Of a stretch of DNA of 64,000 bases, positions 26,769 through 36,968 are shown one piece after another. Each line of letters starts with the position of its first letter. Position 1 is the stretch's first letter. The notes under the pieces are model-generated. The model searched no databases, was not told where the DNA came from, and worked only from the letters and a program-made list of their open reading frames with translations. Origin of the DNA: Dehalococcoidia bacterium (GTDB taxonomy: Bacteria > Chloroflexota > Dehalococcoidia > Lucifugimonadales > JADFKI01); assembly GCA_965200085.1 (NCBI GenBank), contig OZ241333.1, positions 2,471,961 to 2,535,960 on the forward strand. Reading direction: 5' to 3'. The translations under genes and the position numbers were made by a program.

Positions 26769-28013
26769 TTACAGGATTACACCTTCTTCTTTCAGCGCCT
26801 CTATCTCATCCCAAGTATAACCCAGCACATCAATCAGCACTAATTCGGTATGCTCTCCATGCGCCGGAGCGAGTCGCTGTGTTGATATGGGCGTTTCGCT
26901 GAATGCAATCGGGGTCTGGTGCCACTTCGTCATCCCAAGCGTAGAATGTTCGAAGTCAATTAGGTAATCGTTCTGGATTACCTGCGAGTCGTTGGGCAGG
27001 TCTAAGGTGGACTGCACACGCTCCCATATAAGATCCCCTGCGGCGTCCAACCGCTCTTCCCAGTCCGCGCGGGTGTGCTTGATGAATATTTCATCCAAAA
27101 TTCCGATAAGCTCTTCTCGATTCTCGCGCCGCGCATCCATGGTGCTAAAACGCACATCTGAAACCAAGTCAGGCCGTTTCAGCGCTTTGCAGAAGGTAGG
27201 CCAGTATCGATCTCCTTGGCTCATAGAGAATGCAATCCACATATCATCTTTGCAGCGGTAATAGTTCCAGAGTATATTCCCGGCTCGAGTTCTGGGCTGT
27301 CTCTCGAACTCTCTGTCGGACAACAAGGCAATGCCGTCTCGCATGCCTCCAAGCCACATCAGGCTGCCCAAATGCGAGACATCCACACGCTGCGACACTC
27401 CGAAGCGCTCGCGCGCAACTACGGCGCCCAAGATGCCGTATGACAGCATTATGCCTGCAATCTGATCTGCCATGCCATGTATGTTATAGGGGATGCCGTC
27501 GTCCGGGCCGCTCCACCAGAGTGAACCTGCGCGGGCTTCGCCAGTCAGAGCGAATGCCGGTTTACCGGAGTCTTCGCCCTTGGGACCATATCCCGTCGCA
27601 GAGGCGTATATCAGGTTCGGATTGAGTTGTGTTAGATCTTCGTAACCCAAGCCTAGCCGTTCGGCGACGCCCTGTCGGAAGTTCTCCACGAAGATGTCGG
27701 ACTTCTTGACGAGTTCCAGCATCGCCGCAACGCCTTTGGGGTGTTTCAGGTCAAGTGCAATACCACGTTTGTTGCGATTCAGGCTTTCGAAATATGCGCT
27801 GCTGCCTTCAAGCGCTGCCGCCACGCCGGCTACTGTGGCGAACTGCCTGCCATGGTCGCCGTCGAGCGATTCTACCTTAATTACATCCGCACCCAAATCA
27901 GCAAGCATCATCGTGGAAACGGGACCGAACTGCCACATCGTCCAGTCAATTACACGCATTCCCGCAAGAGGCCCATTATGTTTAGGTTCGTTCGTGCTCA
28001 TATCCGTGCTCAT
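26769..28013 (-). CDS. Family III (CaiB/BaiF/Frc-type) CoA-transferase, copy 2
   Basis: GPLAGMRVIDWTMWQFGPVSTMMLADLGADVIKVE...NRNKRGIALDLK. The start is uncertain (28013, 28001 or 28079). Confidence 0.85.
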   Translation of the reverse strand: MSTDMSTNEPKHNGPLAGMRVIDWTMWQFGPVSTMMLADLGADVIKVESLDGDHGRQFATVAGVAAALEGSSAYFESLNRNKRGIALDLKHPKGVAAMLELVKKSDIFVENFRQGVAERLGLGYEDLTQLNPNLIYASATGYGPKGEDSGKPAFALTGEARAGSLWWSGPDDGIPYNIHGMADQIAGIMLSYGILGAVVARERFGVSQRVDVSHLGSLMWLGGMRDGIALLSDREFERQPRTRAGNILWNYYRCKDDMWIAFSMSQGDRYWPTFCKALKRPDLVSDVRFSTMDARRENREELIGILDEIFIKHTRADWEERLDAAGDLIWERVQSTLDLPNDSQVIQNDYLIDFEHSTLGMTKWHQTPIAFSETPISTQRLAPAHGEHTELVLIDVLGYTWDEIEALKEEGVIL

Positions 28014-28118
28014 TTTGCAAATATTGTCTATCGCAGTTATAAGTTGGGCGGCCCGTAATGACCACCCAACTATGTACAACTGATCTAAATATACTTAAAA
28101 CGGCAAACGCAAACCGGG

Positions 28119-29783
28119 CTAATACTGCCGCTGCTGGCGTGAGCGTCCGCCCATCGCGGCGTAAGCAGCTTCTGGGTCGGTTACGACATCCAGAAGCGCG
28201 GGTTTGCCGGAGTTGAACGCGCGTTCAAGCGCCGGGCGGATCTCATTCGGGTCAGTTACGCGCTCACCGTATCCACCCATTCCGTCCATAATCTTGGCGT
28301 AATCGGTCTCTTGAGATAGATATGTGCCGATTCCGCGCATCCCACGCCGCACGACGCCTTGTGTGGTCTGGTTCCAGGCGCCATTGTTGCCTACGATGGA
28401 TACGATTGGCAGGTTGAAGCGCACATAGCTCTCCACATCGAAGCCGGTCAGACCGAATCCGCCGTCGCCGTACACAATACACACTTGCTTGCCGGGGCGA
28501 GCAAGCTGCGCCGCAGCCGCAAAACCGCTGCCGGCGCCTAGACAGCCAAACTGCCCCGGATCCAGCCAGTGCCCGGGCTCGTTGATGTTCAGCACACGCG
28601 CGGCGAAGGTAACGATGTCGCCGCCGTCCCCAATGACGGTAGCGTCTCTATCCAGCACATCGCGCAGTTCCTTCATCAGACGCATCGGATGTATGGGCGA
28701 CTGTTCACTGTTCAGCATGCCTTCGTCTGCGGCTTTCAGTGTTTGGTCTTCTGTGATGACCTCTTCTACCCAGCCCTTGCCGGGGGACCTGTAGCCGGAT
28801 GCGCGCAGTTCATCCATAATCTGCTGTAGAATAGCCTTGGAATTGCCGGTAACACCTACGCTGACGTCGCGGTTTTGTCCAATTTTGCTGCCGTCCATCA
28901 TTATCTCGATGAGGCGCGGGTTCTGCGGGAACATGCTGTCCGCGCCGTAGCCGAGCCTGAAGTCGATGGGCGTTCCTATGAGGATAACCGTGTCGGACTT
29001 TACTAGGCCGTAGCGCCTGCCGAGGCTGCCAAGATTGGGATGGTCAGACGGAATGCTGCCGCGCCCCATGGCGTTCAGGAATACGGGCGCGTCTATCATC
29101 TCGATGAACTCCCGCAGTTCTTCAGCCGCGTCGTTCCACCAGATGTCAGAGCCTGCAAGCACCATTGGGCGTTCGGTGCTGTGCAGGATGTCAGCAACTT
29201 GCTTGATGTAATCAGGATCTCCGTATGCCTTCGACTCTGTGCGGTAGGCGCCCGGATATTTCACATTTTCTTCGTCGGTTCTGCCGTTGACGACATCAAT
29301 GGGAATCTCCAGATATGCAGGACCGGGAACACCGGAAGTCGCATGTCGGAACGCAATCGAGACATACTCGGGTATGCGCTCTACTCGCTTCACCTGCTCC
29401 GAAAATTTCGTAACGGGCTTTAGGAATGTCGCACTGTCGAAATCCTGCAAGCCTCCGCGCAGATGGTCGGTTATGCCCGCATTGCCGCCTATCAGAATCA
29501 TCGGGCTTGGAGCTTGAAATGCGTTCGCTATACCGGTTACCGCGTCGGTAACGCCGGGACCTGCCGTAACGATTGCCACGCCCGGCTTGCCGGTAACTTT
29601 AGCCCAGCCTTCTGCTGCATGGGCTGCGACCTGCTCATGCCGGAAGTCTATCACCTGGATGCCCTCGTCAACGCATCCCTCGTATAGGTTGTAGATGTGC
29701 CCGCCATTCAGTGTGAACACATACTCTACGCCCTCTTTCTTCAAGGCTTTGGCGAATAATCGCCCGCCGTCTATCTCTGCCAT
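28119..29783 (-). CDS. Thiamine-diphosphate enzyme of the acetolactate synthase / oxalyl-CoA decarboxylase / 2-hydroxyacyl-CoA lyase family
   Basis: N-terminal Pyr domain [34 protein letters not shown]. ThDP motif GDGGFG...NNGAWN. GGAGG lies upstream of the ATG. Confidence 0.85.
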   Translation of the reverse strand: MAEIDGGRLFAKALKKEGVEYVFTLNGGHIYNLYEGCVDEGIQVIDFRHEQVAAHAAEGWAKVTGKPGVAIVTAGPGVTDAVTGIANAFQAPSPMILIGGNAGITDHLRGGLQDFDSATFLKPVTKFSEQVKRVERIPEYVSIAFRHATSGVPGPAYLEIPIDVVNGRTDEENVKYPGAYRTESKAYGDPDYIKQVADILHSTERPMVLAGSDIWWNDAAEELREFIEMIDAPVFLNAMGRGSIPSDHPNLGSLGRRYGLVKSDTVILIGTPIDFRLGYGADSMFPQNPRLIEIMMDGSKIGQNRDVSVGVTGNSKAILQQIMDELRASGYRSPGKGWVEEVITEDQTLKAADEGMLNSEQSPIHPMRLMKELRDVLDRDATVIGDGGDIVTFAARVLNINEPGHWLDPGQFGCLGAGSGFAAAAQLARPGKQVCIVYGDGGFGLTGFDVESYVRFNLPIVSIVGNNGAWNQTTQGVVRRGMRGIGTYLSQETDYAKIMDGMGGYGERVTDPNEIRPALERAFNSGKPALLDVVTDPEAAYAAMGGRSRQQRQY

Positions 29784-29932
29784 TATTCCTCTATTCCTCC
29801 TAATTTTAGATGGTTCTACACTATATATGCTACAAAGGAGCAGATGGATGCAACCGTATTGGGGCTTCCACCCTATGTCCTATGTTTATACTATATCTTC
29901 TTCATATAATTGGCGTATCACTAGGCATATCA

Positions 29933-31183
29933 CTAAAGGATTGCGCCTGCCTTCTGCAATTCACTGATGTCATCCCAGCCGTAGCCAAGCTCCTCGATGA
30001 GAATCTCTTCCGTGTGCTGTCCAAGCTCAGGCGCTTCCCGCCAGATTCCAGCTGGGGTTTCGCTGTATAAGTTCGGGTGGTTGCACATCTTCACTTTGCC
30101 CAAAACAGGGTGGTCGAAATCAGAGATGTAGTCGTTTGCGACCACCTGTACATCGTTCTCCAATTCTTCGATCGCCTGCACTTTGGCGTATATGAAGTCA
30201 ATCTCGAACTCGCGAAATATAGCGTCCCATTCATCTGCCGTCTTGGACGCGAACTTTTTGTCCATAATTTGCACAAGTTCAACGCAGTGCTCGGCTCGTG
30301 CGCGCATGTCGGTGAAACGCGGATCGTCGATTATATCGTCCATTCCCATAACCCGAGCGAGCGGTCGCCAGTATGGATCCGGCTGCAAGTGCATTAGCTG
30401 AATGCAGCGTCCGTCCTTACACTTGTATAGATTGGACAGGGGATTTGTCGGCGCTTCACGGTCGTAGGAAGCGAAGCTGCGCCCTTGGTTCAGCAGGCTC
30501 ATGCTGATGCCAAGCCCTTGCAGCCACATGTTAGCGCTAAGATGCGATGCTTCTACCTTTTGTCCAACACCCTGCTGGCTGCGGCATACGAGTGCGGATA
30601 GTACGCCTAAGCACAGCATTATTCCGCCCATCTGGTCTGATACCCCCTGTGAAATGCGCGTAGGGTACTCTGCTCCCGGCGGCGTTGCGGACATCATAAG
30701 CCCGGCGCGCGCTTGACCGCAGCCGTCAAAAGAGGGCAGATGCGAGTCCGGACCTTCGGGCCCATAGCCGTTGCCGGAACCGTACACTAGCATCGGGTTA
30801 ATCTCGCGCAGTTTCTCGTATCCCACACCCAGCCGTTCGGCGACTCCTTGCCGGTAGTTCTGTATGAAAACATCCGCATTCTCGACAAGTTTGTAGATTA
30901 TTTGCCGTCCTTCTTCGGTCTTCAAATTAACCGCAATACCTCTCTTGTTGCGGTTGCAAGACTCAAAATATGCGTTGCGTCCCTCACCCAAATCCATGTT
31001 GAGATTGGACGCTCGCCACAACCCGCGCCCGGCGTCACCGTCGAGCGCCTCTACTTTGATGACATCGGCACCCATATCGCCCATCATTGCGGCGCTCATA
31101 GGACCAAACTGCCAAACTGTCATGTCCAGCACCCGGATGCCCTTCAGGGGACCGTTACCGGAGTTATGACCATTAGAAATCAT
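29933..31183 (-). CDS. Family III (CaiB/BaiF/Frc-type) CoA-transferase, copy 1
   Basis: GPLKGIRVLDMTVWQFGPMSAAMMGDMGADVIKVE...NRNKRGIAVNLK. GGAGG lies upstream of the ATG. Confidence 0.88.
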   Translation of the reverse strand: MISNGHNSGNGPLKGIRVLDMTVWQFGPMSAAMMGDMGADVIKVEALDGDAGRGLWRASNLNMDLGEGRNAYFESCNRNKRGIAVNLKTEEGRQIIYKLVENADVFIQNYRQGVAERLGVGYEKLREINPMLVYGSGNGYGPEGPDSHLPSFDGCGQARAGLMMSATPPGAEYPTRISQGVSDQMGGIMLCLGVLSALVCRSQQGVGQKVEASHLSANMWLQGLGISMSLLNQGRSFASYDREAPTNPLSNLYKCKDGRCIQLMHLQPDPYWRPLARVMGMDDIIDDPRFTDMRARAEHCVELVQIMDKKFASKTADEWDAIFREFEIDFIYAKVQAIEELENDVQVVANDYISDFDHPVLGKVKMCNHPNLYSETPAGIWREAPELGQHTEEILIEELGYGWDDISELQKAGAIL

Positions 31184-31325
31184 AGTCTCTGCCTCCAGTC
31201 TTTATCTTATCGCGGCATTGATGTGCCTGCGAGATTGTACCGCTAGCCAATTAACAACGCAGCGATTGTAACACAAAAAGCAGGTTCATCCTAATGACAC
31301 CATACCATTCGCGTTCTGTGGTAAG

Positions 31326-31841
31326 ATGCAACGCGCTATGAGTACACAAATTGTCGTCTTTTCCGACACTCACTGTTATACGTGGGATGATGTGCATCCT
31401 GATATCCGCGCTGCTGCTGCTGAGGCAGACATTGTCATACATTGCGGCGACTTAGTGCGCATGGATGTTGTCGAAGGTCTGCGCCGCGCCGCGAAACAAG
31501 CAGTTGTCGTACATGGAAACTCCGACCCTCCCGATGTGCGGCGCGCGATCCCCTATGTTGAGATGCTTGAAGTTGAAGGCACGCGCATCGGCGTAACTCA
31601 TCCTGCCTGGGGCGGCCCGGAGTTTCCGCCCGAAGATTTGCTGGACGACTTTCCGGATGTGCCCGATGTAATACTTTTTGGACACACACATGAACCCATG
31701 AATGAGATAATCAATGGTGTCTTGTTCTTGAATCCTGGGCAGGGCTATCCATCTTTTATGGTCGCCGCGACTATCGCTGTGCTGACTGTTGACGGCGGCG
31801 CCTTTGAAGCCGAAATCAAAACAATAGTGCCTGCGCGCTGA
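31326..31841 (+). CDS. Metallophosphoesterase (YfcE/MJ0936-like)
   Basis: VVFSDTH, HCGDL, HGNSD and GHTHEP motifs in the canonical order. Confidence 0.85.
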   Translation: MQRAMSTQIVVFSDTHCYTWDDVHPDIRAAAAEADIVIHCGDLVRMDVVEGLRRAAKQAVVVHGNSDPPDVRRAIPYVEMLEVEGTRIGVTHPAWGGPEFPPEDLLDDFPDVPDVILFGHTHEPMNEIINGVLFLNPGQGYPSFMVAATIAVLTVDGGAFEAEIKTIVPAR

Positions 31842-31957
31842 GTTGGCAAACGGACATTGACTAACCGGTCGTTATGATAACGGGGCTGACAGCTGCGTAT
31901 CATGTGCGATAAACTCCCCACTGACTAATCACAGTTTCTCACGGATTGAGGTGAAAT

Positions 31958-32851
31958 ATGCCCAAGAGAATTAACAGAGTTATTGAGCTTCTTGAACAAG
32001 GACAGCCCATATACAACGCAGGCACGCACGACTTGTCGTATGAAAACGGGAAGGCTATGGCTTCCACTTGGGCAGACTATATCGGCGTAGAGATGGAGCA
32101 TGGCTCTTTCGATATGTCAGCGCTGGACGAGTTTATGCGCGGATTGGTGGACGGAGGACCTACTCCGAGCGGTCATCGCACACCGCCCGTTATTATGACC
32201 ATTCCCACGGACGGAACGAGCGAGGAAGTCGTTCGCGCCAATGCATGGATGATGAAGCAGGCACTCGCGCGGGGCATACATGGCATACTGCTGTGTCACG
32301 CTGAGACATCCGGAGCAGTTCAGGCATTCGTTGAGTCTTGCCGATACCCGTTCCAAACTATTGGTGTGGGAGAATCTCTCGGAGTTGGACGCAGAGGCGG
32401 AGGCGGTCAGCGAGGCGCCGCCGATATTTGGGGTGTATCTCCTGAAGATTATATGAAGATTGCCGACCCCTGGCCGCTTAATCCGGACGGCGAGCTTTTC
32501 CTTGGATTGAAGCTTGAGAACAAGCGCGCACTTGCCAACTGCGAAGCAAGCGCGGCTGTGCCCGGCATAGCCTTCGCTGAGTGGGGACCTGGGGATATGG
32601 GTTTGTCCTTTGGCTACGCAGACGCACACGACCCGCCGTATCCTGACGACATGGACGCCGCCAGACTGCGCGTAAAGGCTGCGTGTGATGCCGCCGGGCT
32701 CGCTTTCCTATGCGGCTGGAATGACTTCACGATTAGCGTAGATGACAGAGTGAAGAAGCTCATGGATGACGGAGTTAAGATACTCTCGGGCGTTGGCGAG
32801 GAAGGCGCAGGCATCGGACGTAAAATCACAGGAAGGACTATGCCTGTTTGA
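31958..32851 (+). CDS. HpcH/HpaI family class II aldolase/lyase, paralog A
   Basis: IGVEMEHG, ILLCHAET...ESCRYPF, LKLENKRAL and FAEWGPGDM match the HpcH_HpaI TIM-barrel pattern. Confidence 0.75.
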   Translation: MPKRINRVIELLEQGQPIYNAGTHDLSYENGKAMASTWADYIGVEMEHGSFDMSALDEFMRGLVDGGPTPSGHRTPPVIMTIPTDGTSEEVVRANAWMMKQALARGIHGILLCHAETSGAVQAFVESCRYPFQTIGVGESLGVGRRGGGGQRGAADIWGVSPEDYMKIADPWPLNPDGELFLGLKLENKRALANCEASAAVPGIAFAEWGPGDMGLSFGYADAHDPPYPDDMDAARLRVKAACDAAGLAFLCGWNDFTISVDDRVKKLMDDGVKILSGVGEEGAGIGRKITGRTMPV

Positions 32852-32917
32852 GTCGAACGCCGTCTTATCCGGCAACGTCCGTCTTAAACCGAAACTTGTA
32901 GAAGGGAAACACGAAGA

Positions 32918-33808
32918 ATGCCAAAGCGGATCAATCGCGCAATTGAGTTATTGGAGCAGGGACAGCCTATCTATTATACAGGCGGACACACCGGCGCAGA
33001 CCTGTCTTATGATGCCGGAAAGTCGATGGCGCAGACCTGGGCGGATTATATTAATATCGGCATGGAGCATGGAGCGTTCGACATGGCAGGGCTGGACAGG
33101 TTCATGCGAGGCCTGGTTGACGGCGGTCCTACGAATAGCGGACATCGAACTCCGGCAGTTATCGTAGAAGTGCCTGTTGACGGAGGCAGCGAAGAGATTA
33201 TTCGTTACAATGCGTGGCAGTTTCGCCAGATTTTGGCGCGTGGTGTACACGGCATACTGCTGTGCAACGCTGAGACGCCGGGCGCTGTGAGGGCATTCGT
33301 GGAGTCCTGCCGTTACACTTTCCAGAACCTTGGTGTGGGAGATCTCATTGGCAGAGGAACACGCGGAGCGGGCGGTCAGGCTTCTGCATCGGCAATATGG
33401 GGCATATCTCCCGACGAGTATCTGGATAAGGCGGATCCTTGGCCGCTTAATCCAGACGGCGAACTGTTGCTCGGTCTGAAGATCGAGAACAGGCGCGCGC
33501 TGCATAACTGCGAGCTAAGCACAAGGGTTACAGGCATCGGATTCGCCGAATGGGGACCTTCCGATATGAGTATGTCTCACGGCTATAAATCCTTGCCCAG
33601 CCCGATGCCGCCTGAGATTGCCGCAGCCCGTGAGCGCGTGTTCCAAGCCTGCCGTGACGCCGGACTGCACTTTCTGAACGGCGTAAGCCCGGAAAATGTA
33701 ACCGAGATGCTGGATGAAGGCGTAATGGTTTGCGCTTCCGGCGGACGAGATGGTGAGGAGGCGGCGCGAATCGGTAGAGCGCACACCGGACGAACTATGC
33801 CTGTATAG
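32918..33808 (+). CDS. HpcH/HpaI family class II aldolase/lyase, paralog B
   Basis: Colinear with paralog A over its full length, from MPKRINRAIELLEQGQPIYY to RTMPV. Confidence 0.75.
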   Translation: MPKRINRAIELLEQGQPIYYTGGHTGADLSYDAGKSMAQTWADYINIGMEHGAFDMAGLDRFMRGLVDGGPTNSGHRTPAVIVEVPVDGGSEEIIRYNAWQFRQILARGVHGILLCNAETPGAVRAFVESCRYTFQNLGVGDLIGRGTRGAGGQASASAIWGISPDEYLDKADPWPLNPDGELLLGLKIENRRALHNCELSTRVTGIGFAEWGPSDMSMSHGYKSLPSPMPPEIAAARERVFQACRDAGLHFLNGVSPENVTEMLDEGVMVCASGGRDGEEAARIGRAHTGRTMPV

Positions 33809-33815
33809 GCTTATC

Positions 33816-34178
33816 TCAAGCCAAACCACGCAGAGGCTTACCACCCAGGAGGTGCATGTGCAAGTGCATCACCTCCTGTCCCCCGTCTCTGCCCTGATTG
33901 ATGACTAGGCGGTATCCGCTTTCCGCGACGCCTTCGCTCTCCGCCATTGCTCTCGCCGCGCTGAACATGCTGGCGAAAGCGGGATTCGGTTCGGGACCAA
34001 GCTCCGCCAGCTCAGCAAAATGCTGAGTGGGTATGACCAGCAAGTGCGTTGGAGCGAGCGGATTAATATCGCGTATTACGAAACAGTCGTCATCGTTGTG
34101 CAGCTTTTCGCTTGGGATTTCGCCGTCTCGTATCTTGCAGAATATACATTCTTCGGACATATCGATTCCACCACTCAC
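33816..34178 (-). CDS. HIT (histidine triad) family protein
   Basis: CIFCKI at the N-terminus and HLHMHLLGG histidine triad. The start is either 34178 (GTG) or 34160 (ATG). Confidence 0.9.
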   Translation of the reverse strand: MSGGIDMSEECIFCKIRDGEIPSEKLHNDDDCFVIRDINPLAPTHLLVIPTQHFAELAELGPEPNPAFASMFSAARAMAESEGVAESGYRLVINQGRDGGQEVMHLHMHLLGGKPLRGLA

Positions 34179-34558
34179 TCGATAACCGCATACGCTTCAA
34201 TTTCTACGAGCATTTCCGGGCGCACCAATGCCCTTACGATGACTGTGCTGCTTGCGGGTCCGTTCTCCGGGAATATCTCGTTGCGCACTGCGGCATAAGC
34301 AGGGTAGTCGTCGGCGTTCACCAAAAAGCAGGTTATCTTAGTAACATTGTCCCAGTTTGCGCCTCCTGCCGTTAGCGCTGCTTCCACATTTTTGAAGCAC
34401 TGCTCCGACTGAGCCCGGGCGTCGCCTATACCGACTAGCTCGCCGTTCTCATTGGTTGCTACTTGCCCTGAGACGAACACCTGATTCCCGACACGCGTCG
34501 CCGGAGAAAACCCCACAGGCTTGTTGTTCGGGTATGGAAAGAAGACTTCTCTTGTCAA
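34175..34558 (-). CDS. RidA/YjgF family reactive-intermediate deaminase
   Basis: 127 aa with the ...VFVSGQVA...KITCFL...PASSTVIVRALV...EIEAYA pattern. Confidence 0.85.
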   Translation of the reverse strand: MTREVFFPYPNNKPVGFSPATRVGNQVFVSGQVATNENGELVGIGDARAQSEQCFKNVEAALTAGGANWDNVTKITCFLVNADDYPAYAAVRNEIFPENGPASSTVIVRALVRPEMLVEIEAYAVIE

Positions 34559-34575
34559 AATAGTTCACTCCGTAC

Positions 34576-34971
34576 CTAATTTGGAAGCTGAAGAAGTTCA
34601 ATTCGGACGTCATCGGGTACTTTGATGAACGCGATAGTAGGCCCGTTTGGGTTGGAAATTGGACCTTCGGCGAGTTCCGCGCCAAGCGCTAGAAGTCGTT
34701 CAAGTTCCGCATCCATATCGTCAACCGTTATGCCGAAGTGCTCCAGACCATAGTGGGCATCAGCATCGCCCGTACCCATCTCTTCGTCTGTGCGGGCGCC
34801 GGATATGCGTACTATCGTGCCGTCTTCCATCTTGCACTCTATGAATCTGTCTCCGGTTGGGCGCACGCCGCGGTCGTTGAAGATTTCGAAATTGAACGCC
34901 TTTACATACCAATTAGCGGTCTTCTCAGGATCAGGCGCCTTTAGATGAATGTGTTCGAAGTGATAAGCCAA
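34576..34971 (-). CDS. VOC (glyoxalase/bleomycin-resistance/dioxygenase) family protein
   Basis: FEHIHLKAPD...LEHFGITVDD...VRIELLQ is the paired beta-alpha-beta-beta-beta pattern. Confidence 0.8.
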   Translation of the reverse strand: MAYHFEHIHLKAPDPEKTANWYVKAFNFEIFNDRGVRPTGDRFIECKMEDGTIVRISGARTDEEMGTGDADAHYGLEHFGITVDDMDAELERLLALGAELAEGPISNPNGPTIAFIKVPDDVRIELLQLPN

Positions 34972-35140
34972 TGCAACCCTCCTATTACATAAGTTTATCC
35001 GATGCGATAAAGCCTAAGTTAAGGTGAACCAGCATGTCAAGTTCAACTTGCGGCAGCGGTCGAACCGATGACAAACTGATATACTGGCGAACTGAATTAA
35101 TGAAATAACTTCTCTAATTTTGACACAAGGGGAGGCATAT

Positions 35141-36208
35141 ATGGCTACGGAGACTACAGGTCTGAATATAGAGTGGGATGACCCGATAGAGACGATGGAG
35201 CAGCTTTACCGACTGGGATGGACTGACGGACTGCCAGTTGTGCCGCCCACGGAGCAGAGGGTATCTCAGTTTATCGAAAAGGGCGGCAGACCTGCACACG
35301 AAATAGTTGGCGAGCTTCCTGAGCGCCGCAGGGAGATAAGCGTCGAAAAAATTGCGGCGAACGCAGTCATGGCGGGCTGTCTGCCGGAGTATATGCCTGT
35401 GGTGCTTGCGACTGCCGAAGCGATGCTCGATCCAAAGTTTAACCTCGTCGGTCCTTCATCCAGTCTAGGCGGATCGGGGATTATGGTGATAGTTAATGGT
35501 CCCGTGACGCGAGAATTGAACATTAATGCGCGCAACAATCTGTTTGGCCCGGGCAACCGCGCCAACGCGACCATCGGACGCGCAGTGCGGCTCATTCTGA
35601 TGAACGCCTGTGCTGCGATTCCGGGGCTGTTCGACCGCAGTATTCTTGGTCATCCGGGCAAGTACAGTTATTGCATTGCTGAGGCAGAGACTGAAACACA
35701 CTGGAATCCTTTGCATGTGGAGCGCGGCTTCGAGCGCGCTGAGAGCGCGGTTACGGTATTTGCCTGCGAATCGCCTCGGCAGGTGCGAGCCAGCGGCAGT
35801 CCAAACACCATACTCAGCACGGCTGCGGATGTGGCGTCCGCGCTAGGTACATCGCTCTCGACCGTAGGTTCCACTAACGACAAGTCGGCGGTCGTGCGTC
35901 AGGGCGAACTCGCTATTGTCATATCGGGCGAAAGCAGCGTGTGGGACGGATGGAGCAAGCAGGAAATTCGCGAGGCTTTGCATCCGAAGATTGGGCGCAC
36001 GCTCGCCGATATAAAGCGCGCAGGTGAAGTGAGCGGAGAGGTAACGGCTGAAGACGAAAAGCATTGGCTGCCGTTTATTGCCGTTCCTGATGACATACTG
36101 GTCATATTCGCCGGCGGCGATGAGCGCACTATGTGCGCCGTTATACCAAGCTGGGGACCTAAAGTGTCTTCTACATCGGTTACGAAGCGGGTAAGAGCAG
36201 ATTTATAG
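35141..36208 (+). CDS. Conserved hypothetical protein, function unknown
   Basis: GGGGAGG lies upstream of the ATG at 35141. Long clean ORF with the distinctive segment LYRLGWTDGLPVVPPT. I cannot assign a family by eye. Confidence 0.6.
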   Translation: MATETTGLNIEWDDPIETMEQLYRLGWTDGLPVVPPTEQRVSQFIEKGGRPAHEIVGELPERRREISVEKIAANAVMAGCLPEYMPVVLATAEAMLDPKFNLVGPSSSLGGSGIMVIVNGPVTRELNINARNNLFGPGNRANATIGRAVRLILMNACAAIPGLFDRSILGHPGKYSYCIAEAETETHWNPLHVERGFERAESAVTVFACESPRQVRASGSPNTILSTAADVASALGTSLSTVGSTNDKSAVVRQGELAIVISGESSVWDGWSKQEIREALHPKIGRTLADIKRAGEVSGEVTAEDEKHWLPFIAVPDDILVIFAGGDERTMCAVIPSWGPKVSSTSVTKRVRADL

Positions 36209-36229
36209 TAGATTTGCTTGGATGAGCGA

Positions 36230-36910
36230 CTACGACTCGACCACAGGATAATACGGCTTGCCCCAGTCCTTGTGCGGATTATCCATCATCAGCTCGATGA
36301 ACAGGGGCACAAGAAAAGCCATTATCCGTGCGCCATCTCGTACCTGACCACGGTTGACACTACTATTCCAAGTCGCGCCTCCGTGAATGAGCTGGTTTCG
36401 CAGCACATACAACCGCTGGAAAAGCGTAACCAGTATGGTCTCTGTGTCTGAGCGAGCAAGGGCGTCATTCACCTGTAATCTATCCGTGTTGAACCTCCGT
36501 TCCCAGTTCGCAAACCCAGGGACGCCGTTATGATGCTTCCAAAACGGGTTGAACACGTACCGGTTATCCAACAGCAGCCTCACAGGTCCAGAAAACCTCT
36601 CCCAAAGCGCGTTGTATATCTTGTTATCCGTATCAAGTCTCAGCGCTTTTACGAAGTAGGCTTGGAAGTTTGCAGACTCTGTAGATTCTATAGCGTCAGA
36701 GTTATCTTCTGAGTATGCAGCATTGAACGCTATCCAGTAAAATATGAATGCTGCGTCAAAGTCTTCTGATTCCTGCTCGGCGCGATCGAGCCAACTCAGT
36801 GCGCGATGCAGCCGCAGCGACAGATTTTGCGGCTGGCAGCTCCGTTCACTGCGGTGCCTCGCCTTGAGACGCTCGAACTGGGGATTATCTACACGCACTG
36901 ACGCAGTCAT
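36230..36910 (-). CDS. Stand-alone HEPN-like protein (candidate Rx4H RNase fold)
   Basis: All-alpha-looking 226 aa. The N-terminal helix is LHRALSWLDRAE and the candidate HEPN motif is LRNQLIHGG (R-x4-H). AAGGAG lies upstream of the ATG. Confidence 0.5.
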   Translation of the reverse strand: MTASVRVDNPQFERLKARHRSERSCQPQNLSLRLHRALSWLDRAEQESEDFDAAFIFYWIAFNAAYSEDNSDAIESTESANFQAYFVKALRLDTDNKIYNALWERFSGPVRLLLDNRYVFNPFWKHHNGVPGFANWERRFNTDRLQVNDALARSDTETILVTLFQRLYVLRNQLIHGGATWNSSVNRGQVRDGARIMAFLVPLFIELMMDNPHKDWGKPYYPVVES

Positions 36911-36968
36911 GTCGTCAACTCCTTTGCTTAAGCAGTAAGCAACATCGTGTACAGAGATACGCTACGGG

